Assembly (NCBI GenBank): GCA_964569385.1
Contig: CAZMUM010000046.1
Location: 1-33,167, forward strand
Length of the DNA stretch: 33,167 nt
DNA from: an uncultured Acidimicrobiales bacterium
GTDB taxonomy: Bacteria; Actinomycetota; Acidimicrobiia; Acidimicrobiales; Poriferisodalaceae
Direction: 5' to 3'
The position numbers were made by a program, and so were the translations under genes. The notes beneath the pieces were generated by a model. That model did no database searches. It was given only the letters and a program-made list of their open reading frames with translations, and was not told the origin of the DNA. Shown here one piece after another: positions 9,701 to 16,719 of this stretch; position 1 is the stretch's first letter; each line of letters opens with the position of its first letter.

Positions 9701-9873
9701 TCGAGAACGAACTAGCCAAGTTGGCGATTCACGACAATCGAACCGATGATGCAGCCGCGCACCTTCGGAATATCTGTCAGAGATTGGCAGACTTTCCCGA
9801 GGCAACGCTGTATTGCGATGCCTCGACGACGCTAGAAGAGCTTGGGATTGGCCCTGCCTCATCGAAGAGTTGA
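6736..9873 (+). CDS. Class III adenylate/guanylate cyclase domain, AAA (STAND-type) ATPase and TPR signal-transduction protein
   Basis: Cyclase motifs (VT)VLFSDASGYTTMAE…KLLGDAVLAVFG…NMHSGINTGVVV…GDMVNVAARL. AAA/STAND P-loop CAEAGAGKTRLIEEL. About 700 aa of TPR-like helical repeats follow. No C-terminal HTH was seen. Confidence 0.8.
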   Translation: MLFSDASGYTTMAESLDPELVRELMGLIYAKADEIVSKYGGRVDKLLGDAVLAVFGDPVAHEDDAVRAVRAALELHEAVKELAPVFEERAGHSFNMHSGINTGVVVTSGLEKDSTSGPLGDMVNVAARLQSLAGTDEILVGPDTTTLLGNQVELTDLGEHELKGRREPVSVARVESLVVTTPASRRYGEFVGRNEELGVLLGAVERLKDGDSSVVTVCAEAGAGKTRLIEELRSRLGDDVRWLEGRAYPYSVDTPYASVIDLLNRVAGIDENDSADAVKSKLRTMITAVLPGDEVAMAAIGQLYGHVQEETAIDLEAFRSVLLDSLTRLLDVVGDQGPTVLCFQDLHWVDPSTATLLTDLIEAVSAPIFALCNYRPGFELGASGERSLQLGLLSPRQTAELLKSLLNGGEPPAGLTDWICTRTDGNPFFIEEIINDLLDRALLRQSEGSWELTQDLDQDTVPPTIQGLLAARIDALAPESRRVLREASVVGREFLHRIVQSVTDKPTDLDASLAGLSAADFIRENNLDPELEYIFKHALTQEVAYEGLLLRDRQLLHERVALSIEKHLGDRIEEFVETLAYHYQRSGHISEAVTYLRRSAQRALDRYAIEEAHRQYQAAYELLTSEGTVGVVIDKKVRDRLLLEVIIESAESYYYSANLGEYHDLLQSHHDLPAAVGNDTLTARWMGWQGMIHWLHEVEHAESIALLEDAVTLAVECGDAQAEAYALAWLPWVYFTAGRASEATTFWPRLTQLLPSITSPAVRQYAQIKGLGGATAAAAVLGDATTALAHGEDLLSIGRRTGNRRATAMGHQARIMKGWAHGDVEAAFAATQAAVDANADPIYAEAANIWATAIAIALGTAEQGRSWYDATLPTSGGSGVTGAYYEIMAFQLDLIEGRLSRGLRGLKARRQIEQSRGFGWAVIQIDLFLGIALARAATGEVESSISNAIRNPAFVMRYGFGLAKKARLALEAVLSSADNHGNRALIPLIENELAKLAIHDNRTDDAAAHLRNICQRLADFPEATLYCDASTTLEELGIGPASSKS

Positions 9874-9924
9874 CAACTTCTCGCGTCGGCTAACGCCACA
9901 GCCATCAGGTAACGGCGTCGACTA

Positions 9925-10626
9925 CTACGTCGAGGCGTCGCCAATCAGCCGTTCGAACAGGGCCAGATGTTCTGGCCGGTAGCGAAGCCACTCTGGATGC
10001 CACTGCACGCCAAGCACTAGATCGGCGCCATCGACCTCTAGAGCCTCGACATAGCCCTCGGGGCTGGCGGCAACGACGCGGCAACCTTCGCCAAGGCGAT
10101 CGACCACTTGATGATGCATTGAGTTCACATCGAGCGTCGTGCTGCCGTATAGCTCGGCCAACCGACTGTTGGCTTCGATACTCACCGAGTGCGCGGTGGT
10201 CTTGTAGAGATCGGTACGCATGTGATCGTCGACGTGTTGCACGAGTGAACCACCAAGCGCAACGTTCAGCGATTGGATTCCGCGGCACAACGCCAGGGTC
10301 GGCGTATTGCGCTCCACAAGGCCGCGGATGAGACCAAACTCGAACTGATCGCGGTCGGTTTGGGTTTCGGTTAGTTCCTCGCTGTTGGCCTGGCCATACC
10401 ACGACGGGTCGACATCGATACCACCGCTGATGACTACTCCATCGAGACGTTCGACCAGAGTCTCTATCTCGTGAACATCGGTGGTGATTGGCAGTATGAC
10501 CGGCACTCCGCCAGCCTTCTGAACAGCACGAAGGTATGAGACGGTGGCCACGTGGGCAGCCATACGGGAATCGTGAATATCGATATCGAGGTATTCGGCA
10601 GTCACACCTATAAGGGGGCGAGTCAT
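9925..10626 (-). CDS. Gamma-glutamyl-gamma-aminobutyrate hydrolase family protein (PuuD-like class I glutamine amidotransferase / peptidase C26)
   Basis: GVTAEY…VVISGGIDVDP…ALCRGIQSLNVALGGSL…MHHQVV…VQWHPE: the catalytic Cys in LCRG and the HPE motif typical of PuuD/C26 hydrolases. Confidence 0.85.
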   Translation of the reverse strand: MTRPLIGVTAEYLDIDIHDSRMAAHVATVSYLRAVQKAGGVPVILPITTDVHEIETLVERLDGVVISGGIDVDPSWYGQANSEELTETQTDRDQFEFGLIRGLVERNTPTLALCRGIQSLNVALGGSLVQHVDDHMRTDLYKTTAHSVSIEANSRLAELYGSTTLDVNSMHHQVVDRLGEGCRVVAASPEGYVEALEVDGADLVLGVQWHPEWLRYRPEHLALFERLIGDAST

Positions 10627-10635
10627 CGACTAGTC

Positions 10636-12039
10636 CTAAAGCGTCTCGAAGTAGCGGTTGATTTCCCACGCGTTCGGCGCGTCGGAGGCACCGTCGCCTC
10701 CGCCAGTGTTAAAGGCCAACCACTCGAAACGGCGCATACCAGTCCAGTACCGAATGAGATCCGCGCCGAGCATGTCGTTCAACAGAGAATCGGCCTCAAG
10801 CGCCTTGGCGGCGGCAACAACCGAAGCCGGGAGCCTGGCGGGCGAATCTACGGTATCGGGAAGACCCCAGGCCATGAACTCGAACTTTGCTGGCGGCTCG
10901 AGTTCGCCTTCAATCCCGGCAAGTCCACCAGCCAACACGACCGCAGCCGCTAGGTACGGATTGAGGTCGCCTGCACCCACTCGGTGTTCTATTCGGGCCG
11001 ACGACACCGACTTGTTGAGAACCCGGATAGCGCTCGACTTGTTGTCGATGTCCCAGGTTGCGTGTGTAGGCACTGCCTTGAAGGGAACAACCCGTCTGAA
11101 GCTATTTGGGTTGGGCGCCATAAATGAGGTCGAGCCTGGGAGAGTCGCCATCAGCCCAGCAAGCCACTGTCGAGCGATCAACGACAGCTGATCCGGGCCG
11201 GTGGGGTCGTACATGACTGGGCCGTCGGCATTGAGTAGAGAGTGGTGGACGTGGAGCCCATTGCCGTAGTCCTCACTGAGCTTGGCCATGAACGTGACCG
11301 ACAAGCCTCGTTCGTGAGCAACTTCCTTGCACACTTGACGGGCTCGGATCACGTGGTCAGACGCGCTGAGTGGGTCATCTGGCGAGACGTTGAGCTCGAA
11401 CTGGCCGGCCGCAGCCTCGGCGTTCCAGGCTTCCCATGGAACTTCAAGACGGTCGAGTCGGCGACAGATCTCGGTCATTATGGGGTCGAGCCTGTGGTGG
11501 TCCTGAGATAGGTAGGCCACATGTGAGTCGACTCCGAAGGGAACCATGTCGGTCCAACCGCTGGCTCGGTTCTCGGCAAATGACCGCTCGAAGAAGTGCC
11601 CCTCGATCTCAAAGGCAAACTTGCTGGTTAGGCCGTGGCTGGCAAGTCGTTCGGTAAGGTGTTTAATGAGCCCGCGCCCACAGATCGGGATACGGACTTT
11701 GTCGACGTCCAAGGCATCGGCAAAGCACGTTGCCAATCCATCAGCCGCAGGGTCGACGCGTAGCGTTGCAAGATCTGGCAGTAGGTAGATATCGCCAACA
11801 ACACGCGACCGCCAGTCGGCGCTGAACCCGAAGCCAGGTTCGCCAGAGCGGTCGGTCCCGAAGACGAAGTCAGCGACAGCTATCCCGCCGTCGAGTGCCG
11901 ACAAGAACTTCCGCGGATGCAGAACCTTGCCTATCGGCAAGGCGTCTGGCTGAATACCGTCCACACGCACACGGGTGATTGAGTTCGCTTCAAGAAAGGC
12001 CGGAACATCAGCAGCGGTCAAGGTTGTCGGCGGTGCCAC
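10636..12039 (-). CDS. Glutamine synthetase family protein (type I GS-like; candidate gamma-glutamyl-amine ligase of the PuuA/GlnA3 type)
   Basis: GS motifs FMAKLSEDYGNGLHVHHSLL, NSFRRVVPF…WDIDNKSSAIRV, and C-terminal NPYLAAAVVLAGGLAGIE. The finder ORF extends to 12327, but the extra 95 aa are low-complexity and overlap the upstream gene. The start is taken as GTG 12037-12039, overlapping the upstream stop (TAGTG). Confidence 0.8.
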   Translation of the reverse strand: MAPPTTLTAADVPAFLEANSITRVRVDGIQPDALPIGKVLHPRKFLSALDGGIAVADFVFGTDRSGEPGFGFSADWRSRVVGDIYLLPDLATLRVDPAADGLATCFADALDVDKVRIPICGRGLIKHLTERLASHGLTSKFAFEIEGHFFERSFAENRASGWTDMVPFGVDSHVAYLSQDHHRLDPIMTEICRRLDRLEVPWEAWNAEAAAGQFELNVSPDDPLSASDHVIRARQVCKEVAHERGLSVTFMAKLSEDYGNGLHVHHSLLNADGPVMYDPTGPDQLSLIARQWLAGLMATLPGSTSFMAPNPNSFRRVVPFKAVPTHATWDIDNKSSAIRVLNKSVSSARIEHRVGAGDLNPYLAAAVVLAGGLAGIEGELEPPAKFEFMAWGLPDTVDSPARLPASVVAAAKALEADSLLNDMLGADLIRYWTGMRRFEWLAFNTGGGDGASDAPNAWEINRYFETL

Positions 12040-12656
12040 TACAGCTCCCCAAACAGATTGTCGATGCCGTATCCGGTGAGTATCGAAAGGTCGCGTAGGT
12101 CGCCGATGAGCGACACATCCTCGCGAAGTACGGCCTCGACCAGTAGTGAAGAACCGGCCATCGAAGACGCAAGGTCGTCCGAAGCCCCGTAGATATCGAT
12201 CGCAGGCTGACCGTCGCCCCCGTACTGGTCGTGAGTGCCATCGTCGGTTGCGTTGACGCGAATCGGCTTGGGACAGTCGGGCCGCTTCAGCGCAGCTTCC
12301 ATGAACCGTTTGGTTTCGACGCGCCACGGGCCGATCGGCGGTTCGAGCAGTTTCCCGACAGTTAGAGCGAGAGCCGGATGCCTGGCCGCGCCTTCAAGTT
12401 TGGGTTTAACCGAGCTGTCGTTCAGGTCGGCGGTGATCACCACTGCAGCGTTCGCCGCCACCCCACGTTCGACCTCGATGCGGTCGCCAAGCAGACGAAT
12501 CGTTACAGCCTGCGGGTCGGTCGCCGATTTGAGCACGGCAACACCTTTCACGCGCGCAGTCCGGCTTGCGACTCCAGCTAGAGCGAGCGAACGTCGGAAC
12601 AGCGCCGCGACCACCTTCACTATCGGCAATGCATCAGCTTCGGTCGTAACCAACAT
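12039..12656 (-). CDS. Hypothetical protein, first gene of the GS-like/PuuD-like operon (possibly a lipid-binding SCP2-like N-terminal fold, weak)
   Basis: 205-aa ORF whose stop overlaps the GS-like start. No recognisable catalytic motif. Codon usage is consistent with neighbouring genes. Confidence 0.45.
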   Translation of the reverse strand: MLVTTEADALPIVKVVAALFRRSLALAGVASRTARVKGVAVLKSATDPQAVTIRLLGDRIEVERGVAANAAVVITADLNDSSVKPKLEGAARHPALALTVGKLLEPPIGPWRVETKRFMEAALKRPDCPKPIRVNATDDGTHDQYGGDGQPAIDIYGASDDLASSMAGSSLLVEAVLREDVSLIGDLRDLSILTGYGIDNLFGEL

Positions 12657-12704
12657 GAAGTCTCCCGACCAACGACGTTAGTTGGCGGCTCATGAACAGT
12701 TGAC

Positions 12705-13000
12705 AATCCCTAGTCTGGGACCTCCACCTCAACAGCTTGATCGCCGAGCGACGCCAAGATGGCATCGGCTTCGTCGCTCGACTTGGTTTTGTCGCCGAGC
12801 ACGGTGTACTTAGGCAGGAAGCGGCCGTCGGCGAAGAACAAGGCCATCAGCCGCAAGCGAAGTCGCAATTGTTGGTAGTCGGCCCACTGCAGCGAGATTT
12901 CCTCGATAGGTACGGCGTCTAGAAGTTCACCTGGTGAGGACCGCGGCGACCAAGGGTTGGGTTTGTGAAACAGCGCACGCTGATTTGTGAGGGTGAACCA
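12705..13000. repeat. Direct repeat copy A (~300 bp, diverged) paired with 14288-14585
   Basis: Compare gtttgtgaaacagcgcacgctgatttgtgagggtgaacca (12961-13000) with gtttgtgaaacatcgcacgctgatcggtgagagtgaacca (14561-14600). Confidence 0.7.
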
Positions 13001-13006
13001 AAGCAA
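12710..13006 (-). pseudogene. Truncated paralogous copy (C-terminal ~97 codons only) of the hypothetical gene at 14293-14832
   Basis: Translation LFHKPNPWSPRSSPGELLDAVPIEEISLQWAD…FFADGRFLPKYTVLG…DEADAILASLGDQAVEVEVPD is ~75% identical to residues 83-179 of the 14293-14832 product. DNA similarity starts abruptly at ~13000, about 30 nt from the MFS stop, with an in-frame TAG immediately upstream of the TTG. Confidence 0.6.
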
Positions 13007-13031
13007 CTACAAGATTGTTCATAGGCGGGTC

Positions 13032-14216
13032 TCAGGGCACATCGAGTGCTCGAGTGGCCAGGACAGCAAGGCCAACTCCAACCAAAGCGGCTGCACCCAA
13101 CACAAACAGGGTTTCGGCGCCGAGACCCGAGATCAACAGAGAGGCTGTTAGCGGCCCTGCGGTCTGACCGGCTCGCATCACAGAAGTGAACACCGACACC
13201 ACCGCGGCTCGGGAGTCCGTATCGGCGGCGCTGCTGACGACTTCTTGCAGCGTGGGGATCAGCATCCCTTCGGCAAACCCATAGACGAGAGAACCCACAA
13301 CAACGACGATCACCGCATCGGCAGTGCCAACAATGGCATAGGCACCCCCAAGAACAATGGCACCAAACCCGACTACGCGACGTGCCCCAAGCCGGGCCCG
13401 GGTACGCGACAACAGAAGCGCGGCAATTGTCGACGACAAGGCCGGGACACCGATAACGAGGCCACGGCTCCGCGCTTCCAAGCCGAAATTGTCTTCGAGC
13501 ATGATGGGAAAGACGGTCAAGAACAGACCGAAGATCATCACGAACACTACGAACGCCATGCCGATTGCAACCTTGACCGATGGCTTAGCGATGACGGTCG
13601 ACGCTTTGGAAATCTGCTGCCGAACCGTCGAGTCCGATGTTGTCGAGTGGCCAGCAAGTTTCCTTGCGACAAGCACCGCAGTCACGAACCCGACCGGAAA
13701 GAGGGCAAAGGACCACCGCCAAGTACCGAAACCGGCCAGCAGACCGCCAAGGGGCGGAAAACCAGCTACGCCAACGGTCAGAACAGCCGAGTTCCACGAG
13801 ATGTAGCGAATCCGGTCCGGGCCTTCCCAGTTATCGGCGATGAGGCTTACAGCCAATCCAATCAAGCTGGCCCCACCTATCCCCTGGAGCGCTCGGGCCG
13901 CGATGAGCGACCACCACGACGGCGCGAACATCGCCAGGGTTCCGCCCAGCGCAAAGGTGGCTAGTGCGGGAACGAGCACCAGTCGTCGCCCATGGCGGTC
14001 GGCCAACACTCCGAACAACGGGGCCAACAAAATGGCTGGTGCCGGACCGGCTGCCACGAATACCCCTGCGTCGCTGTCAGGCCGACCGAAGTGGTCGAGG
14101 ATGTCCGGTATTGAAGGTCCGACCATGGTGTTAGCCATCACTCCAGTGCCGGTGATAGCAAAGATCAGCCACAAGAGTGGACGACGAGTGCTGACTGAAT
14201 CGAGATCGGCTGACAT
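13032..14216 (-). CDS. MFS transporter
   Basis: 394 aa with about 12 hydrophobic segments. MFS-type loop motif GVLADRHGRR between TM2 and TM3. Confidence 0.85.
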   Translation of the reverse strand: MSADLDSVSTRRPLLWLIFAITGTGVMANTMVGPSIPDILDHFGRPDSDAGVFVAAGPAPAILLAPLFGVLADRHGRRLVLVPALATFALGGTLAMFAPSWWSLIAARALQGIGGASLIGLAVSLIADNWEGPDRIRYISWNSAVLTVGVAGFPPLGGLLAGFGTWRWSFALFPVGFVTAVLVARKLAGHSTTSDSTVRQQISKASTVIAKPSVKVAIGMAFVVFVMIFGLFLTVFPIMLEDNFGLEARSRGLVIGVPALSSTIAALLLSRTRARLGARRVVGFGAIVLGGAYAIVGTADAVIVVVVGSLVYGFAEGMLIPTLQEVVSSAADTDSRAAVVSVFTSVMRAGQTAGPLTASLLISGLGAETLFVLGAAALVGVGLAVLATRALDVP

Positions 14217-14287
14217 GTTGTTGCCGACAGTAACGGCAGCCTGCTACTTAACGCGCCCGCCGGGGATTCAGCGACCAAAAGCCACCT

Positions 14288-14585
14288 GTGGCTTAGGCGT
14301 CGGGGACCTCAACCTCGACAGCTCGATCGCCGAGCAACCCCAAGATTGCATCGGCTTCGTCGTGCGACTTCTTCTTCTTACCCAGCGCTGGTCCGAGCAC
14401 CGTGTACTGAAGCAAGAAGCGGTCGTCCGCGAAGAAGATGACCATTAGCCGAAAGCGAAGTCCCGATTCTTTGTGATCGGCCCACTGCATCGAGATCTCC
14501 TCGATAGGTACAGCGTCTAACAATTCGGCTTGTGAGGGTCTCGGAGACCAGGACTTGGGTTTGTGAAACATCGCACGCTGATCGG
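14288..14585. repeat. Direct repeat copy B (paired with 12705-13000)
   Basis: See copy A. Covers the 3' half of the 14293-14832 CDS. Confidence 0.7.
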
Positions 14586-14832
14586 TGAGAGTGAACCACG
14601 TGTCAGCGAGGTCATACCGAAGCCGCGTTTTTAGCTCGGATCCCGGGAGAAACGTATCCAGATAGCGGTACGCATGAGTTCGTCTGTCGGCAGCATCGTG
14701 TGCTCGCGCCATTGAGGCGACACCACCAGACGCTGGGCCGATTGATGAGGTGAGGGCAACTGTCGCCTCGATCTGCTCATTTGGCCGGAGCGAACCCGTC
14801 AGCTTCTTTCGCATCTTGTCGTTCGTCTTCAT
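14293..14832 (-). CDS. Hypothetical protein (possibly bacterial PH-domain-like)
   Basis: 179-aa ORF, the full-length parent of the fragment at 12710-13006. The N-terminus MKTNDKMRKKLTGSLRPNEQIEATVAL weakly resembles bPH-type proteins. No catalytic motifs. Confidence 0.55.
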   Translation of the reverse strand: MKTNDKMRKKLTGSLRPNEQIEATVALTSSIGPASGGVASMARAHDAADRRTHAYRYLDTFLPGSELKTRLRYDLADTWFTLTDQRAMFHKPKSWSPRPSQAELLDAVPIEEISMQWADHKESGLRFRLMVIFFADDRFLLQYTVLGPALGKKKKSHDEADAILGLLGDRAVEVEVPDA

Positions 14833-14917
14833 TTACGGCAGCTTAGGGTCAGCTACGCGTTGCGGAGAAGTGGGATCGATGAACCGGGTGTCCCAACCCA
14901 GTGAAAGACTCTGCCCT

Positions 14918-15511
14918 ATGTCGTCACCACTGCTCATTCTTGCATCGTCGTCACCGCGACGCCGCGCTCTGCTTGCCGACCTCACCACCGAGTTCATCGC
15001 AACCGACATCGACGAGACTCCACGGCCGCACGAAGAGCCAGCAACCTACGTTGAACGTCTGGCGCTGGCTAAGGCCGCGACGGCCGTGGTCACGTGCTCA
15101 TCGGAGTCGGCCATCATCGCCGCCGATACCTGCGTGGCTCTCGACCAACTGATCCTCGGAAAACCATCGTCGAAGGCCCAAGCCGCTCAGATGCTGAGGG
15201 CTCTGTCTGGTCGTGACCACGACGTGTTCACCGGTGTGGCTGTCATCAACACCGATAGAGCAACGAGAAGCTGCGTGGTTCACACGGTCGTGACGTTCAG
15301 CGACCTGTCCCAGGCCGACATCGCCTGGTACGTCGCTACCGGCGAACCAATGGACAAGGCCGGGGCCTATGGCATCCAGGGCAAAGGCGGAGTGTTCGTC
15401 GAGCGCATCAGCGGGTCGGCTAGCAACGTTGTTGGCTTGCCCATGGTCGAAACAATGCGACTGATAACCAGCGCCGGCCTCGACGTAACGACGCTACGAT
15501 CCCAGTCATGA
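14918..15511 (+). CDS. maf: Maf-like nucleoside triphosphate pyrophosphatase (septum formation protein Maf)
   Basis: LILASSSPRRRALL…DIDET…AKA…GADTCVALDQLILGKP…GYGIQGKGGVFVERISGS matches the Maf family signature. Start chosen at ATG 14918. The finder ORF begins at 14750, but the upstream 56 aa are non-homologous. Confidence 0.85.
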   Translation: MSSPLLILASSSPRRRALLADLTTEFIATDIDETPRPHEEPATYVERLALAKAATAVVTCSSESAIIAADTCVALDQLILGKPSSKAQAAQMLRALSGRDHDVFTGVAVINTDRATRSCVVHTVVTFSDLSQADIAWYVATGEPMDKAGAYGIQGKGGVFVERISGSASNVVGLPMVETMRLITSAGLDVTTLRSQS

Positions 15512-16704
15512 CGGCATCAGACCAAGTCGTTTTGGCACCTCGCAGCGAGATCAACGCCGAAGTGAAGCCAGCCCATGCGGGAGAGTTCCCAGCTCCATCG
15601 ATAGGACCCATCGAACTCAGCACCCCAGTGATCTTGGCTCCTATGGCCGGGGTCACTGATGTTCCGTTCAGGGCACTTTGCCGCCAGTTTGGTGCCGGGT
15701 TGTATGTGAACCAGATGATCACGGCGCGAGCCCTCATCGAGAATAACGCCGCCACTTGGAAAATGGCCCAGTTCGGCCCAGACGAGTCGCCTCGAAGCAT
15801 CCAGCTGTACGGCGTCGAAGAGCACAGCATTGGCGAGGCAGTCAGGCGTCTGGTCGACCAAGGCCAGGTCGATCACATCGACATGAACTTTGGCTGCCCC
15901 GTCGCAAAAGTAACTCGCCTCGGAGGCGGCTCAGCGCTTCCTGTGAAACGGCGGCTACTCGACAAGATGATTCGTGCTGCGGTAACGGCTGCTGAGGACA
16001 TCCCGGTAACGGTGAAGTTCCGTAAGGGCATCAACGACGACCATCTCACGTTTCTCGATACTGGACGCATCGCCGAAGAGGCTGGTTGTGCTGCCGTCGC
16101 GCTCCATGGACGCACGGCATATGAGCTTTACAGCGGCCACGCCGACTGGGATTCCATTGGGCAGCTGAAGGCCCACGTGTCCAGCATTCCGGTGTTTGGC
16201 AACGGCGATATTTGGGAATCATGGGATGCTCTTCGGATGATGCGCCACACAGGCTGCGACGGGGTGGTGATTGGCCGAGGTTGCCTTGGCCGACCATGGC
16301 TATTTGGGGAGCTGGCCGCCGTGTTCGCAGGCGAACAGCCCCCGTTGCCACCCGACTTAGCCGCAGTAGGCGAGACCATGATCGACCACGCCGAGCGCCT
16401 CATCGCTTGGCACAATGACCCGACCGCGATTCGCCAGTTCCGCAAACACGCGATCTGGTACGTCACCGGGTTCCCTGTTGGTGGCGCTAGGCGGGCGCGG
16501 CTGGCTTCAATCGAATCAGTAACGGACCTCATCGATGCGGTAGCCGACTTTCCCGAAGCCGACTTTCCCGAGACTGCCCTCAGAACCAAACGCAGCCACA
16601 CGGGCGGTCCAAAACGTGTCGCTCTTCCCGATGGCTGGCTCGACGACATCGACGACACCACACCGCTTCCCGCCGATGCCGGAGCCTTCAACTCCGGTGG
16701 CTGA
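15508..16704 (+). CDS. dus: tRNA-dihydrouridine synthase
   Basis: LAPMAGVTDVPFRALCRQFGAGLYVNQMI…DMNFGCPVAKV…ALHGRTAYELYSGHADWDSI…GNGDI are Dus family motifs. ATGA overlap with the maf stop. Confidence 0.9.
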   Translation: MTASDQVVLAPRSEINAEVKPAHAGEFPAPSIGPIELSTPVILAPMAGVTDVPFRALCRQFGAGLYVNQMITARALIENNAATWKMAQFGPDESPRSIQLYGVEEHSIGEAVRRLVDQGQVDHIDMNFGCPVAKVTRLGGGSALPVKRRLLDKMIRAAVTAAEDIPVTVKFRKGINDDHLTFLDTGRIAEEAGCAAVALHGRTAYELYSGHADWDSIGQLKAHVSSIPVFGNGDIWESWDALRMMRHTGCDGVVIGRGCLGRPWLFGELAAVFAGEQPPLPPDLAAVGETMIDHAERLIAWHNDPTAIRQFRKHAIWYVTGFPVGGARRARLASIESVTDLIDAVADFPEADFPETALRTKRSHTGGPKRVALPDGWLDDIDDTTPLPADAGAFNSGG

Positions 16705-16719
16705 CTTCGCCGATCTACG

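Noticed and set aside
9874-9924. Possible terminator between the convergent cyclase and PuuD-like genes (cgtcgac…cgtcgag)
   Set aside because: The inverted repeat is imperfect and not followed by a T-tract.
10636-12327. 563-aa ORF suggesting a GS-like protein with a 95-aa Arg-rich N-terminal extension
   Set aside because: The extension overlaps the upstream 205-aa gene in another frame, is low-complexity, and precedes the point where GS homology begins. The GTG at 12037-12039 was taken as the start.
14750-14917. Upstream 56 codons of the maf ORF
   Set aside because: They have no Maf homology. The ATG at 14918 directly precedes the conserved LILASSSPRR N-terminus.
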